Part shown: positions 39,166 to 51,755 of the stretch, one piece after another
Position numbering within the stretch: position 1 is the first letter of the stretch
Layout: every line of letters begins with the position of its first letter
Assembly: GCA_003971905.1 (NCBI GenBank)
Contig: RSEE01000016.1
Coordinates: 806,001-870,000, forward strand
Source: Moniliella sp. 'wahieum'
Taxonomy: Eukaryota
DNA length: 64,000 nt
Direction of reading: 5' to 3'
The notes under the pieces: model-generated
What the model saw: only the letters and a program-made list of their open reading frames with translations
Told to the model about the DNA's origin: nothing
Database searches by the model: none
Made by a program: the position numbers and the translations under genes

Positions 39166-40373
39166 GGAGAATCCCCCGCCGGCACGGGTGCCGGAGGCCA
39201 GCAGCACCGCAGCAGACCCAGTGCACGGGCACTAATGCACCTTGCATAGTGCTCGCCACGTCGCCCCACCTTTTGTGTCATCTCCAAGATGCCAATGAAG
39301 CTCTTGCGACGTTTGCGTACGACGGCAACAGAAGAATGGCCGCCCCACTCGTCTCTGTTGGCGGAATCGACTCGACAGTCCCCTCCGCCCTTCGATGCAC
39401 ATCGCATGTCACATATCTTCCCTGCCGTCCTCCTGGTCTTCTCGGTCAACGGCATCGTCGAAATACAAACGGTCAGCATTTGGTAGGATCTGAATTCATT
39501 ATGGCATTTGCATAACTTACGAAAGGGACAAAGAAACGCTGCGCCTATCGAGCTCGGGCATCCGACCTGTGCTGTTTGCTCGTCCAAGCCCAACTCGAAA
39601 ACCACTAGAGTGGTCAGCGGAGGTGAGGACCTCTTGGCTCCCCTCCATTCGCTTACAAACCGGCTGTAGTGAGGGTGGATACGAGTGAGAATAGTAGGCA
39701 TGAAAGGGCGATGAACCATCTCCCAATGAGACTCTTCATCAGTAAATTCCTTCCACAGTCCTCAAAACTCTTGTTAGTCGTCTTGGTACCCAGAAAGTCC
39801 TTTTCCCTGTGTTCCACAACGGGCGTTGCGATTCGCTCGTGTACCACCTTCCGGTAGGTATCCCTATGGCCTCGTGTGTGCCTGAACCTGCCCACTCCCC
39901 ATGATATGCAACTCATCCATTGATCCTATATGTTTGTCTCTAATATCCATTTGGGTCATATAGTTGTGCATCGGGGAACCACAGATGATCTCTCCCAGAG
40001 CGTAAGGAAGCAGTAACCTATACTATGTCATCGCCACGCGATTCACAGAGTCGTTAGTATTGGGTGGACCTATTGACCCCCTCGTTCATTCCCAATCGTG
40101 ATTTGGTGCGTATTGGAACACATTCTTGGTTGTCTATTCCATACTTGTTGCAAGCAAATGAAAAAGCAAGAAGACGATGCTGAGGTGGCCTGTTGGCCTT
40201 CAACAATCGCTGGCTCACTCTCTAGCGTGCTTCTCCCTGTTCATCGTCCTCTTTATTCATTTTCGAGCACTACCATGGCCCTCAAAGGAGAAGCGCACGG
40301 GACTTGTAGGTGGAGCTACCAGTATCAATCATTTAAAAAGGGAAAGTATAGGAACCCAATAAGAGCTTAGAGA

Positions 40374-40974
40374 TTACTTGCTCTGCTCCTTAGCCTTGTG
40401 TTCGGTCCACTCCAGCCAGGAACCGCGGTAGTTACGAACGTTCTTGAACCCGTGCTGAAGTAGATAATCCAGCGCCTTCTGCGAGCGCTTGCCCGAACGG
40501 CAATACACAATCAGCTTGGCATCCCCGCGGGGGCATGAAGGAAAACTTATCCAAAAACCATTTGGTCTGGTTGTCATCCTCCGCCGCCTTGAGCGCCACC
40601 GTCAGCTCCGACAAGGGCAAGTTGACTGCCGAAGGGATCATACCTTCTTGCGTCTCGGCTGGCTCCCGCACATCAATCAGGGTCACCTCCTGCATCACAA
40701 CACGTGTTAGTTAAGATCCTAGCACAGGAAGGGAGAGAAGGTAGCGTACCCCGGTAGGGTGCTCCGTGAGCGGCTTGAGTTCGTCATAGCTCACGTCCTT
40801 GTGCTCGGTCCACGCGTCCAAACGAAGAGCCGAGGCGACCAGCGTGCGCGAGCTGATGCGCGGAGGAAGAGGGACAGCGACAGCCATGCGGGTGGTGGTA
40901 GGCAGGGGCCCACGCACCCCCCTCAGAAGGGCGGCAGAGCATGAGGGCACAGCACGACGCACGGAAGCCAGCAT
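40374..40974 (-). CDS. Single-domain rhodanese (thiosulfate sulfurtransferase, Rdl-like), probably mitochondrial
   Basis: Arg-rich presequence-like N-terminus; LIDVREP.E...GMIPSAVNLPL; active-site loop YCRSGKRS; NYRGSWLEW; intron 40749-40690 with CTAAC. Confidence 0.92.
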
Positions 40975-41380
40975 GGGGGAGGATATGGTGTTATTGGCTC
41001 GAGAAGCTCACAAGTCCGGCCCAAGCCTCCCCGTCCGGCTGCTTCAAGCCGAGGGTTAAGCGGGCTGAGCGCCTGAGCGCAGGCAACGGGCCTCCTCCAG
41101 ACGTCACGCTGCCAATATTCAATGTTCAATCCCTCAGCGCCTCAGCAACGATGGCGTCACAGGCGGACATGACAGGATGACGCAATCATCATTCCGCCCG
41201 GCGTGAAATTTGAAAGGGGATGCGCAAAGACGATGCATACGCATTGTTGGATCCAAAGACACTAGGATATAGTGCCTACTAGTTGATCATGATCGTGTGG
41301 GAGGCGAGCAAAGCAAGGGTCAGAATGGTGAGAGTGCAATCCGGGGGAAGGCAGCCGGAGGGGCAACAGGAAGGGGTGGG

Positions 41381-41426
41381 ACAGAGGCGGAACAGAGGCG
41401 GAACAGAGGCGGAACAGAGGCGGAAC
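41381..41426 (+). repeat. 11-bp tandem repeat (acagaggcgga)x4
   Basis: Read directly. Confidence 0.95.
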
Positions 41427-43614
41427 GGGGCCGCCTCGCACAGATCGTTACACTGGATTATACGCTGGCATCCTGACTGGGCGCCTTGGCCACATGAATA
41501 GTTGAGCGCGGGTCTTCGAAGCTTCCTATAGCACAACCAAGGCGAGGAGAAGTCGGAGACACAAAAAGAGAAATCTCTCTACCGACTGAATATAAATGCG
41601 GGTGTGTCAAGTAGTTCCGCCATGTAACACTATCGTGGTTTTGGCAGGGTTGTTGTTGTACACGAGGAAGAGAGCACCGCAATAAAACGCCCCTTTGGAA
41701 CTCTGAGAGAAGGTGCTGCCTTTCGACTGTTGGAACAAACTGAATGCGAAAGAACACCAAGTACCAGGGCATTCAAGAACCTTTCTCTCCTTTGGTTAAT
41801 ATGACGTTGCGAGAAAACACTTTATGCTGCCAAGACGAGACGAGCAATATGTTTGGGCACCGATATGGAGGACGAATTAACTACTACTGAGTCTCAATCA
41901 TGGAGAAACCGTTAACACGTTCACACCGCTCGGATGCCTACCACAATCATTTGTATCCAAGGGCACTACCTAGGGTTTGGAAACTGATGGTGGGCGCCAG
42001 AGGGTCCTCATATGCTGACGGTTCCCACGGTTTCCTATTAGACAGGTTTTTGGCGCCAACAAGCAACACACGCCATCAGATGAGCAAAACCGGTCGGTAT
42101 AGGCTCAGCATTTCTTTTTGTCCCAGTCTAAGCTTTGTCGATGATATCGTTACAGTGTAAAGAGGCTTAGGAATATCCAGAAACAGAGAGTGATTGTAAT
42201 GTCTTCTTCAGCGTAATGATAGCGTATCATCACTGGGTCGTTTTTGTTGCTGCATCTCTCTCTCCAATTCAAGTACAAAATGAACTGTGGTGCCATGAAC
42301 ACCATACTAGTACCAGACATTTTTCCTTGGTATATAAGCATCCTGCAAAGGAGTAGGAGATTTATAACCGATCCCTCCTGTGACTGTTTCGCCTCTCGCG
42401 GCAAATCTAACATGAACGAAACAGAAGGGGACGGTTTGATTGGATCGAATCCCTAGTACGGCTCTTCTGATCGGCAAGTATTGTCATGGGGGGGTAGATG
42501 GACCGACGTTTTGGGGAGTAATCCCTTGGACGAAGTGTAGGAGCGGAAGATGCCCTCTCAATTTGGGTTGCCTGAGTGAAAAGGCGGTGGTTGAGACCCT
42601 CCGAGCACGGAGCGGCGTATTATAGGTCGTTCAACCCCGGGTTGTAGAGACTTAGATGGTCTCGGGGGTAATGTATGTAGTACCTTCCGGTTACCAGGAT
42701 CAACGCTGGTAATAGGCGGACCGAGACGGGATGTCGGGATCAGGCGTACGCCTGGTTCTGCACATATAGTCACCAGATTGGCTGAACCCTTATGGGTTCT
42801 ACACCTGTTTTTCCCCTTTGTCTATGTTCTTCCAAGATTCATGTCCGGAGAGGCAACCTGACTGTCTCCATAACACTTGAAGTATATAGTATGAAGCATT
42901 GAGAGGGAGTTGTAATGTAACGTTCCCCATTTGGAGAGGGACTGCCCAGCTGTTGGTTTCTTCCACCCCCAACGGGCGGCATTTTTGAGCCAATTTTGCC
43001 GGCGTATTAAACGTGAACATGCAACAGCATAGGGCATGATCTGCGTGATCTGCTTGATCTGTCAGCATAATACACAAAAGAAAAAACACACAACCGTTAC
43101 CAAATGCCGCTTCAATATAATAGCTTGGGCATCAACTATATGTCGCTGAATGAAGGGGCAGTGATAGCGTGTATAAGAAAGTAGGACCAAACCAAGTTCA
43201 GACGCGTGCCTTTTTGGCTGATTTTAACTCACCCCGCCGACAGCTTTTTTCGCTTCAGTTCGCCTTCCCTTCGTGTACTACCGCTTCACTTGCTGTCAAC
43301 ATAAGTTCGCTTCGCCTACCCCCTCTCTCTCCCCTATAACTTTTTCCCCTGTCGCAGGCACCCGTGCGCAGGCTTCCTTTTTCTCAAGTCCAATCGAAAA
43401 GGTGATCTCATCTCATTAAGTCTTTCAGATATCATTGGAGATGGTTCATAGTTCACATCAGGTCTACCCCACACGCATTCTTTTCATCCATTCGCCACAT
43501 CCAGGTTGGAAGAGAATATGGCGGGATCCACACACAATCTCCTAAGCTCATCAGTGTTGGCGACACCTCATCGCCTTCCTAACTGGGCTAGCAGATCTAC
43601 CAGCGCATATGCCG

Positions 43615-46600
43615 GGTGAACGTGGTGAACGTTGAACGTTGAACGAAGAGCTCGGCAGATGATAGTGTTTCTTTGTCCTTCTCTCAGTCTTTTCAGTTGT
43701 TCAAGTGCTGCTATATATGAATGCAGCAGTATATATATCAGAGGGGCTATAATGGGGACTACATCATGTTAGACTGATGTTGTGGGCGGACGCTTCATCT
43801 CGTAGCAAAGAGTCTTTGATATGCAATGCACGCGGCGATCAAGTTACAGCAACTGGCAATGTAGTAGTCTTAATGGATGAGAAGGTTTTGAGAGAATAAC
43901 TGTATAATAACTCGTTTGCACGTGCTGTGGTGAAGGGTTTTTCACGAGTGCCACGGTTTTTGGCACAGCAGAGCACAACAGAGTACTGACTGAGAGAGTA
44001 GTATAGCCTTGCCAGTACGTTGTTTCAGACTAGTAGTCACGAAGCAAATACTAATGATTAATGAGCCTGCCGTGCGTGATCTACAGATCTTGGCTTAAGA
44101 GTAGGAAGCACAGTATTAGCACTCACATGTCACACCCCCTACTATTATTAGTACGGATACGCTATTGGCGTAGATAGGATGTGGTTGCTGGCAAGACGCC
44201 AATGGTCTACTATTAGGTGGGGAACCTCTGTTAGATGCGATTGAGACACATAATCATATGACGTCTTCATAAAACGATGTGCCACACTTGTCAAGCGGCC
44301 AGTGGACTTCCTTGAACTTGAAGTAAAACGTTCAACGTTCACCCATAAAACAAGCTGTGCACATCTCCAAAATGGTCTGGTAATCGCCTTAGAAGAGGCT
44401 GTTTGGCGCCGCTATTCTGATGTATATCCGACAAAATGTTTGGTGATATGCACTGCGTTTTGTGTATATCTCAAACGGTGTCTGTTGGCATCTCACAATG
44501 CCTTCAGGTTCCACAGCGAAGTTTGACGATAACCAATTCGATCATTGTCGGGTCAATCGACAATCCCGCATCCCATCCATCTCTCGGACTCTCATTTCTG
44601 CTGATGCACTGATGATCGATGACATGTGACCTGTAACACCTTATGGGAGCTCTACTCTTTTCGTTGTATGCGGGAAAAATGCCCGAGGCTGATAAAATGG
44701 TTTTCAGTATGCCGCCCGCAAGACAAGCACGGTACTGATGAGACCTGGAGTCCAGATGGTCCTCGAGGGTGATGCAATCGCACTAGTGGTGGTGGTGGTG
44801 GTGGTGGTGGTGGGTCTAAGCCAACCAGCAACGCCTACAGAGGAACATCAAGCAGCGCACCAGGGGCTAAGCTGCGGAACAAGGAAAAACAGGAGAGAAA
44901 AACAACGGAACTCCTAGGCCTGAAGAGGAACTGAAGGGACATTGACCAAAGCACGAGCCACCTGATGGCTCAACAGGTACAGCACTTGGATTTGAGAGAG
45001 AGGCTTGAATCTTGAAGCTTGACGGAGGAAAGGCTATGTACGAGAGCTTGAAGCTTGAAGCTTTTGACGCTTGAAGCTTGAACGTCTTGAACAAAAAGTG
45101 TATCTCCGACGACGAAGCTCAGCGCTCATGCACTCACATGGCGCTCATGATTATCATGTGCCTATTTTGTGAGTACCTGATGCCGTGGGTGTCCAGCCAT
45201 GATGCAAGGTCATGCATGAACATCAAATACAGGAAGAGACCCTGTGTTACGCCCTGATGAGCAAGGAAGCGCATCATGCACATCATACAACATTCTCAGA
45301 TCTCATAATGGACCCTCCATGAGAATTGTGGTAATGCGATGATTTTGAGATGTGACATGTGGGATCTAGCAATTGGATCTGAGATCTGAGATACTGAGTA
45401 CGTACGGGCGTAGCACTGGCGTAGCAGGGCGTAGTAGCACGTTGAGGCTGTTGTGTTTGTGTGTGTTGTGACATGTGATGTGAACATGTAAATATGCAAC
45501 CAATGCATCATGCGATGCATGTGATGGATGTGATGTTTAGATCTCAGATCTCACATCTTTCCGAATCTCGCACTCACATCATTAGCACAGGTCACTTCAT
45601 TGGCATGTAAAATGATTAATGACGAAGGTACTGAAGACAGAAGGTTGAATGTTGAGGGGAGTATCATGTACCGCGTATCTCATTCTCAGGGCGATTGGCA
45701 GCCAGGGGGCTGATCGAGAGGGTCCGACATACTGATGGGTATACAAACACTCCAGGTAGAGAACCCGAACAGCGCAACGGTCTGGAGTGTGGCGCTAGAG
45801 CGTGGTACCCGGTACCGTGGCGTCGGTGATACGTGGGATGGTGTGGGGGATGCAGGCGATAAAAACGCAAGCATCATGCACATGCGTTATAGGGGGAGAG
45901 GGTGCCATCATATTAATCCCAATTCAGAAAGAAGGATGGGAGGTCGGCGTGTGGTGAAGCTTGAAGGGAAAGCGTGCCCCATATGATGGTGTGGAATCGT
46001 GTGTATTGGGATGCTGTGGCCGGTAGTACTATAATAGGTGTGTGCGATTACTTGCTAGTTATACAACAGGGCACTTGGAGCACAGAGAGACAGAGATATT
46101 CAATGCCCCACCTGACATGCCACATACACAGTTGCCGCAACTTCGCATCATGCACATGTGTGCACATCATGTTTCATGCATCTTTTGCTTCATGATGCCA
46201 TCCGTAATACTTCTCAGTACCTAATAGTAAACACATATAAACACGCCCTCAGGCCTCAGGCCTCACATCCTATATCAAGATCAACACATAAGACAATGGC
46301 AGTGCATTAACTAGTAAGAAGTGCAACAAAACTTGATCTGGCATGCTGCACACGGAGAGTTCATCCCCCCGACGGGGCCCCTACCGGCCCTATCCCCTCA
46401 AAATTGCCTTCTTGTGGCCGGTTATAACATTCTGGCGAAGAGAGATCTCGATCAACGGCAGAGTGGTCGCAAGTCTCACTAGTCACTATAGTCACTTTCG
46501 TCACTAGTCACTATAGTCACCTTCTGGCCACCCTTGTCCGCTTCCTCCCAACCGTTCTTGTGACTGTAACAGCCTCGGTCCTGTTGGCGTCCGTTCCGGC

Positions 46601-46860
46601 GCACGCGACCATGCCAGCACTGCAACACCGTGGCTGGTACAGGGTAGTGCCCCCAGTGCAGCATGTAATACAACAGAGTTTAATCCCATACAGATTCCGG
46701 CCCCTTGTCTGGGACACGAGCCAAACTGTAACGTTCACGCGTTGCCGTTTAACGTTTAACGTTTAACGTTTAACGTGAATCTTGAATGTTGAATGTCGTG
46801 AACGCGTGACGCGTGAAGCTTGAAGTTAAGCAGCACTGAGCCTGAGCGCTGAGGCGCATA
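43615..46860. repeat. Gene-free tract rich in 7-bp-register palindrome arrays
   Basis: ACGT core at 43626 and 46749; TTAA at 44055 and 45613; TCGA then CATG at 44613; AGCT at 45000-45090; GATC at 45380 and ~45545; GGCC at 46249; CTAG at 46476 and 46501; CGCG then AGCT at 46807; GCGC at ~46843. Confidence 0.9.
44786..44812 (+). repeat. (GTG)9 microsatellite
   Basis: Read directly. Confidence 0.95.
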
Positions 46861-47164
46861 TAGTTTTGCCAGTTACAGCCTCAGGCCCAAAAAGCCCGAC
46901 GGAACTAAATGTACTAAACCCCAACTGTTGTGCTAATCATTTTATCAAGTTTTTTTTGCAGTGGGACCCAGTGGCCTTCAACTGAAGGTGTGAATCACAT
47001 ATTCACACAGAATGTACGCCATTACTAGGTCTTTTATATATCTTGTAAAGCCGCCCTCGCCCCTGGAATCGCCATTCACCTCCCTCCCACCGTCCTTACC
47101 CGTTTTCAACGTTGGTTTCGCCACAGCTCATCGTCCTTTCTTCCATTCATTACTTCTTACGATC

Positions 47165-47632
47165 ATGTCGAGCGCTTACTGCGGCAACGCGTTCAGCACC
47201 TTCTGCCTGCCCTTCTTGGGCCAATGTACGTCGAATCTTCTTGCCTTCACTTCTTTTTTGATGCCTACCCACGCACCTCCACCTAAGAAGCCGGTGATTG
47301 ACATTACCTTCCCTAGTCCGCATCTGCCAAGTGATTTGTACATGTGGCTGCTTGGACCATCGCTTGGCTGTGGCTGGGATGCTGGCGAGTTTGACCATGC
47401 GGACCAGGCAGAGGACGATGCTGCGGCCGAGGCGGCCAATCTGCGAAGGAAGCAGGCCCTCCTTGCCAAGAAGGGCCCTAGCATGGCCCCCTCGGCTAGC
47501 TATGCCTCCACGGAGGCAGAGAGGCAAGAGGAAAAACAAGTTCCGGAACAGACCGAAGCCGAAAACTACCAGCACCAACCTCACCCTCGCGACACAGCAA
47601 GTCGCGCCCGCGACTGCCCCCTAATAGTCTAG
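47165..47632 (+). CDS. Small hypothetical protein with a Cys-rich N-terminus and charged C-terminus
   Basis: ATG at 47165 (MSSAYCGNAFSTFCLPFLGQ); GTACGT..TAG intron 47226-47316; continues FRICQVICTCGC and, after a frameshift, EDDAAAEAANLRRKQ; no family recognised. Confidence 0.45.
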   Translation: MSSAYCGNAFSTFCLPFLGQCTSNLLAFTSFLMPTHAPPPKKPVIDITFPSPHLPSDLYMWLLGPSLGCGWDAGEFDHADQAEDDAAAEAANLRRKQALLAKKGPSMAPSASYASTEAERQEEKQVPEQTEAENYQHQPHPRDTASRARDCPLIV

Positions 47633-50600
47633 ACGCAAGATTTCCCCGTGTCAACCGCCGCAATGGAGGCGAGCGATGCATGCACCAATTTCGCCTTCCC
47701 CGACACACTCTTCGGGGTTTGCTTGTTTAATATCCCCACCCCGGTCCCTTATTCTTGTTACGGAAAGAACGGGTGTTTTTCCCTCATCCTCCGACACGCC
47801 GTTTTTGGTGTTCTGATTATATTCTGCATATGTTGCTCCCACCGATCTTCTATTTTTTCGCTCAGGTACTTTTCATATTTCTTTATTGTCCTCGTGCAAG
47901 CAACAACATGTACTGTGACCCTCTAAAACGGGCCCGAGTCATCATTGGGGGGAGAGACCATTATGTGATGATCGTCGAGCGCATGGTGTCTTGTAACTGA
48001 AGAAATCCAACAATGGCTCACAGATGTGTGGTTGAGGATAATTGTACGTTCAGCTATATTGCACTTCACGAACCATGTCCGGCTTAAAAGATCCCAAAGG
48101 GTCACCTCATATGGTGAACGCTCCAATGCCAATGGAGTCCACAGTAGTTACGCAACAGTTGATAGAGATCAGACTTCACGTATGATACGGGCTCACCTTT
48201 TTAGTGGAGCGCCTGATGCCTTTGACGATAAATCATGTCGTATTCATTATCATTTGAAAAGAAAAACTTAGCAGGGACACTCAAGAAACGCTGTGCCAAC
48301 CATACGAGCTTGCTCACCCGGCGTTTCTGACAGCTCACGCCATCCCAACCAGGAGACCATGGTGTTTTCCCACCAGATCGATGGAGTAGGGGGGCTTCCG
48401 CCCCATTCGTTGCTACACCGGATGCAGTGCCATTATTGGTAGATGTATACGAATGGCGTATCTCTCTTGAAACTCTTCTCTGCAAGTTCCTTCCAGCAGA
48501 GTTCAAACATCTTTTCATGACAGTATTGGTGGCGCATAGTTACCCACAGTGTGTTGTCATAGTCCAAGGTGGAAAACGGGCTTTGAGTGCGTCCGTGGAA
48601 CTTGGCGTTCTTGTCGCACATACGGCTCGCTCGAGCCCTAGATGCAGATCCTCTCCCCGCACTCCTCAGGCACTGATGAGACGATTCCTCGTGTATCAAC
48701 ACATTATTTGTAAGTAACGCACCCTTGCCCTCATTCGTCCCGAGTCTCACAAGATGTGTAACACTTCCATCCCTGATCCAATAAAAGCACCTTGGGGCCT
48801 CCCCCCTGAAGTCCTTTTACGCCTAGAGCTATTATCTCTCGTCGCGATTCCATACACTTCTTCCCCCACAACCGGTCCATTGAAATAGAACATGAAGGTA
48901 TCCCAAAGATGAAGCGCACAACTGAAAATGGGCTTCCCCATTGTCTCGTGCAGGGGAATGCTCCAAATCCTCTGGCGCCTACGCTACAGCCTTCCGATCT
49001 TAGAACGTTCGCTGAATCTCACTGTGATTAGTTAGCAACTCCCCCGTGTGGTCACGTACAATCTACCAGGCAAAAGAACACCCGGCGACCATCCCCACAA
49101 ATAGCCCACATCCTGCCCAACGTGCAGTGCTGATGGCCTGAACGGCCTGAACATTTCTTTCTCTCCTCTCCCTGTGCCGTCACGTGGTATGCCAGCCACT
49201 GGCCTCCACGCCCTTCACTTCTGACGTCTGACGTCTGAGAGAGATCTGACGCATGATGTTGCTCCCCAACCCCTCCACCTCACACCCACCTCACACCCCC
49301 ACCTCACACCGACTAGCACCCATTGGCCATTACACCAACAGGATGGCGACGATGGTCCCCTCCAATGCCGCTTCGTCTTCGCCGCCAATCCCTCTGCACC
49401 GGGAGGACCTCAGCGTCATCCTCCACAGTGCTAGCGCGCCTGATCCACTTCTGCGCCAATCGGCGTATGCCTGTCTTGCCTGGGCATCGGCCTCAGCCCG
49501 CATACCGACCCCTCTCGCCCTACCTGCCCCCTCCCTCTCCTCTAAATTTGGCCAGTCCTGAGAGTGCGGGTGCAGCTGCTGCAGCAGGCGCAGCAGGTGG
49601 CGCAAACGCTTCCCCTCTCACACTTCCCTCAGCCCCGGCGCACACCGTCTCCCTATCGTCAAGCCCGCCGATGACGCCTCCCAGAAGGAGATACCACCTC
49701 CACACCCAGCACGGACCGACCATCTCTTCTTGAGGCTTAAAAGCTTGAGCGCTGGACTCGGCACAGAGCGCTCGACGTGCTCAACGCTCACCTTTTTTGC
49801 CATGACTTCGGCTGTCCTCCGTTGAGGCACGCGCCTTTACCACACCTCACCACTTCGCATTTCACTAGTAACTCTTGATGGCTTCGAACTCCAAACTTCA
49901 ACCCATGATCCCTGTTACGCACTTCTCACTTGGGATTCCTCTGGTCATGGCGGCTTCCTTCAGGCCTTAACAGCGGCCGCATCTCAGAGTGAGGCTGCGC
50001 CAACGCGCGCAGCGCTGTGAATATCAGGCTCAATCAGCCTATCTGGGAACCCTTCTTTCCTTCCCATCGACTCGCAATGAACACTCTAAATTACCAATGT
50101 TTTCTTCTCCGACCGAGGATAGATGGGGCAGAAGGGCAGGTGTCGCACGCCGGCGCCATCGGCCATGGGCTATCGATTGGGCCAGGACACAGTGCATTAT
50201 CCGGCCACCGCAGTCACATTACGCACGCATCGACATCAACGTTCGATGAACAGGTTGAGCCTTGTTGGCTTTCCAACGTGTGCAACCTCCAATCTCCAAC
50301 ATCGTCCGATGGCTGATGGCCAGCAACTGCCGTTGCCGTCTGATGTTGGGCCGGACGAATAGGAAAGGTCACGTGCAAGCCCGGCGTGAGCGACCAGACG
50401 CGTTGAACATTTGACAATGCCATTTTTTCGATCCACAGGGGTTGCTGTGCGTCAGTGTCGCCATACGTCATGGTCACCGTGGGCACCTCAGGCAGGCCTC
50501 AGGCCTTAGGCTGGCCTCAGTGCCTCAGAGCATCCTCAGCGCTCCTCAGCGCCTCACTCTCAGTGCAGCCAGGTGTCACAATGTCAGCAGGTGTCAGCTC

Positions 50601-50686
50601 AACGTCATCGGGTGTTAAGGAGCTGTAGTGCAGGCGCCACTGGCCTCTCTCACCACCACCGTTGCGAACGTTGGCCAGAACAAGCA

Positions 50687-51522
50687 ATGGCCGAAACAGT
50701 TGCTCTCCTAACATCCCCCTCAGCTGGGGCGGCTTGCGTTCCCCGTTTTGGCCTGGGAGTGTACGCGATGCATGGCCGCGTGGCCAGCGAGGCGGTTGGC
50801 GAACGCGCTGCGTACCGGCTACCGCCGCTTGACACGGCTCAACTTTGGGTAACGAGCGGGAGGTGGGCGAGGGATTCGTGAATCGGGTGTGCCGAGAGAA
50901 GAAATTTTCCTCGTAACCAAGCTATATGGGTTCTCTTCGGGGGGGATCGGACGGCGGGCGGCACTACAGTCACTGGACCATGGGCACGTACATTGATCTA
51001 TGCTGCTGCATGAACCTTCGGGGGTCAGCGGGGCGGCTGGACAGTTGAAGGTGTTGAGGAGTTGGTCGATCCCCAGAAGGGTCGCATTCGTGCGCTGGGT
51101 GTGTCCAACTTTGGCGCTACCCAGCTTGCGGAGCTACTTGCTTCCGCAAGGCCCAGCGGGTGCGTCCGGTGGTCAACGAGATTGAGTGCCACGTGTTTTG
51201 CCAGCAGCGCGATCTCCGTTCCTGGCTCATTGACCACGATGTGGCATGGCTACTGCCCCCTTGGCCAAGCCTCCTTTTTGAACGATCCCACTCTCTGAAG
51301 GTGGCCAAGGAGGTCGGCGCGACCCCCGCCCAGGTCATGCTACGAGGGCTGTGCAGCAAGAAACGGGTGGTGCCCATCCCTAAATCCTCCAAGGCAGCCA
51401 GGCAGAAGGAGAACGCCGCTGCACTCCTCTCTCTCTTACCTCGGCGCAGATGGACACTCTGGCTAAGCTTGACCGTGGGTTCGCGGGGCGTGGTCGATGG
51501 CTGGGCATCATACCAGGAGTAG
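50687..51522 (+). CDS. Aldo-keto reductase (frameshifted)
   Basis: PRFGLG, LDTAQ..GNEREVG, REEIFLVTKL, LLHEP, GRIRALGVSNF, PVVNEIECH, TPAQVMLR and IPKSS motifs. Confidence 0.92.
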
Positions 51523-51755
51523 ACAGCGCTAATCAATTTTCAGCTGTGCTGATGTACTATTCCACAAGTACAGTACTCCTGCGTATATTAAACGACCATG
51601 CTGAAGGTGGTGCACACGAGCTGAACCAGAATATACACTGTGTAGACACGGAAAAGGATATGCAACGAGCTCTAAATATAAAGGAACGACAGGATGCTCA
51701 ACATCAGCAAAAGATGCAAGAATACGAGAAAGATGGTGCACAATGGCGATACGCG

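Noticed and set aside
30229..39249. Long plus-strand ORFs opposite the RasGAP gene
   Set aside because: Antisense shadows of GC-rich coding sequence; no motifs.
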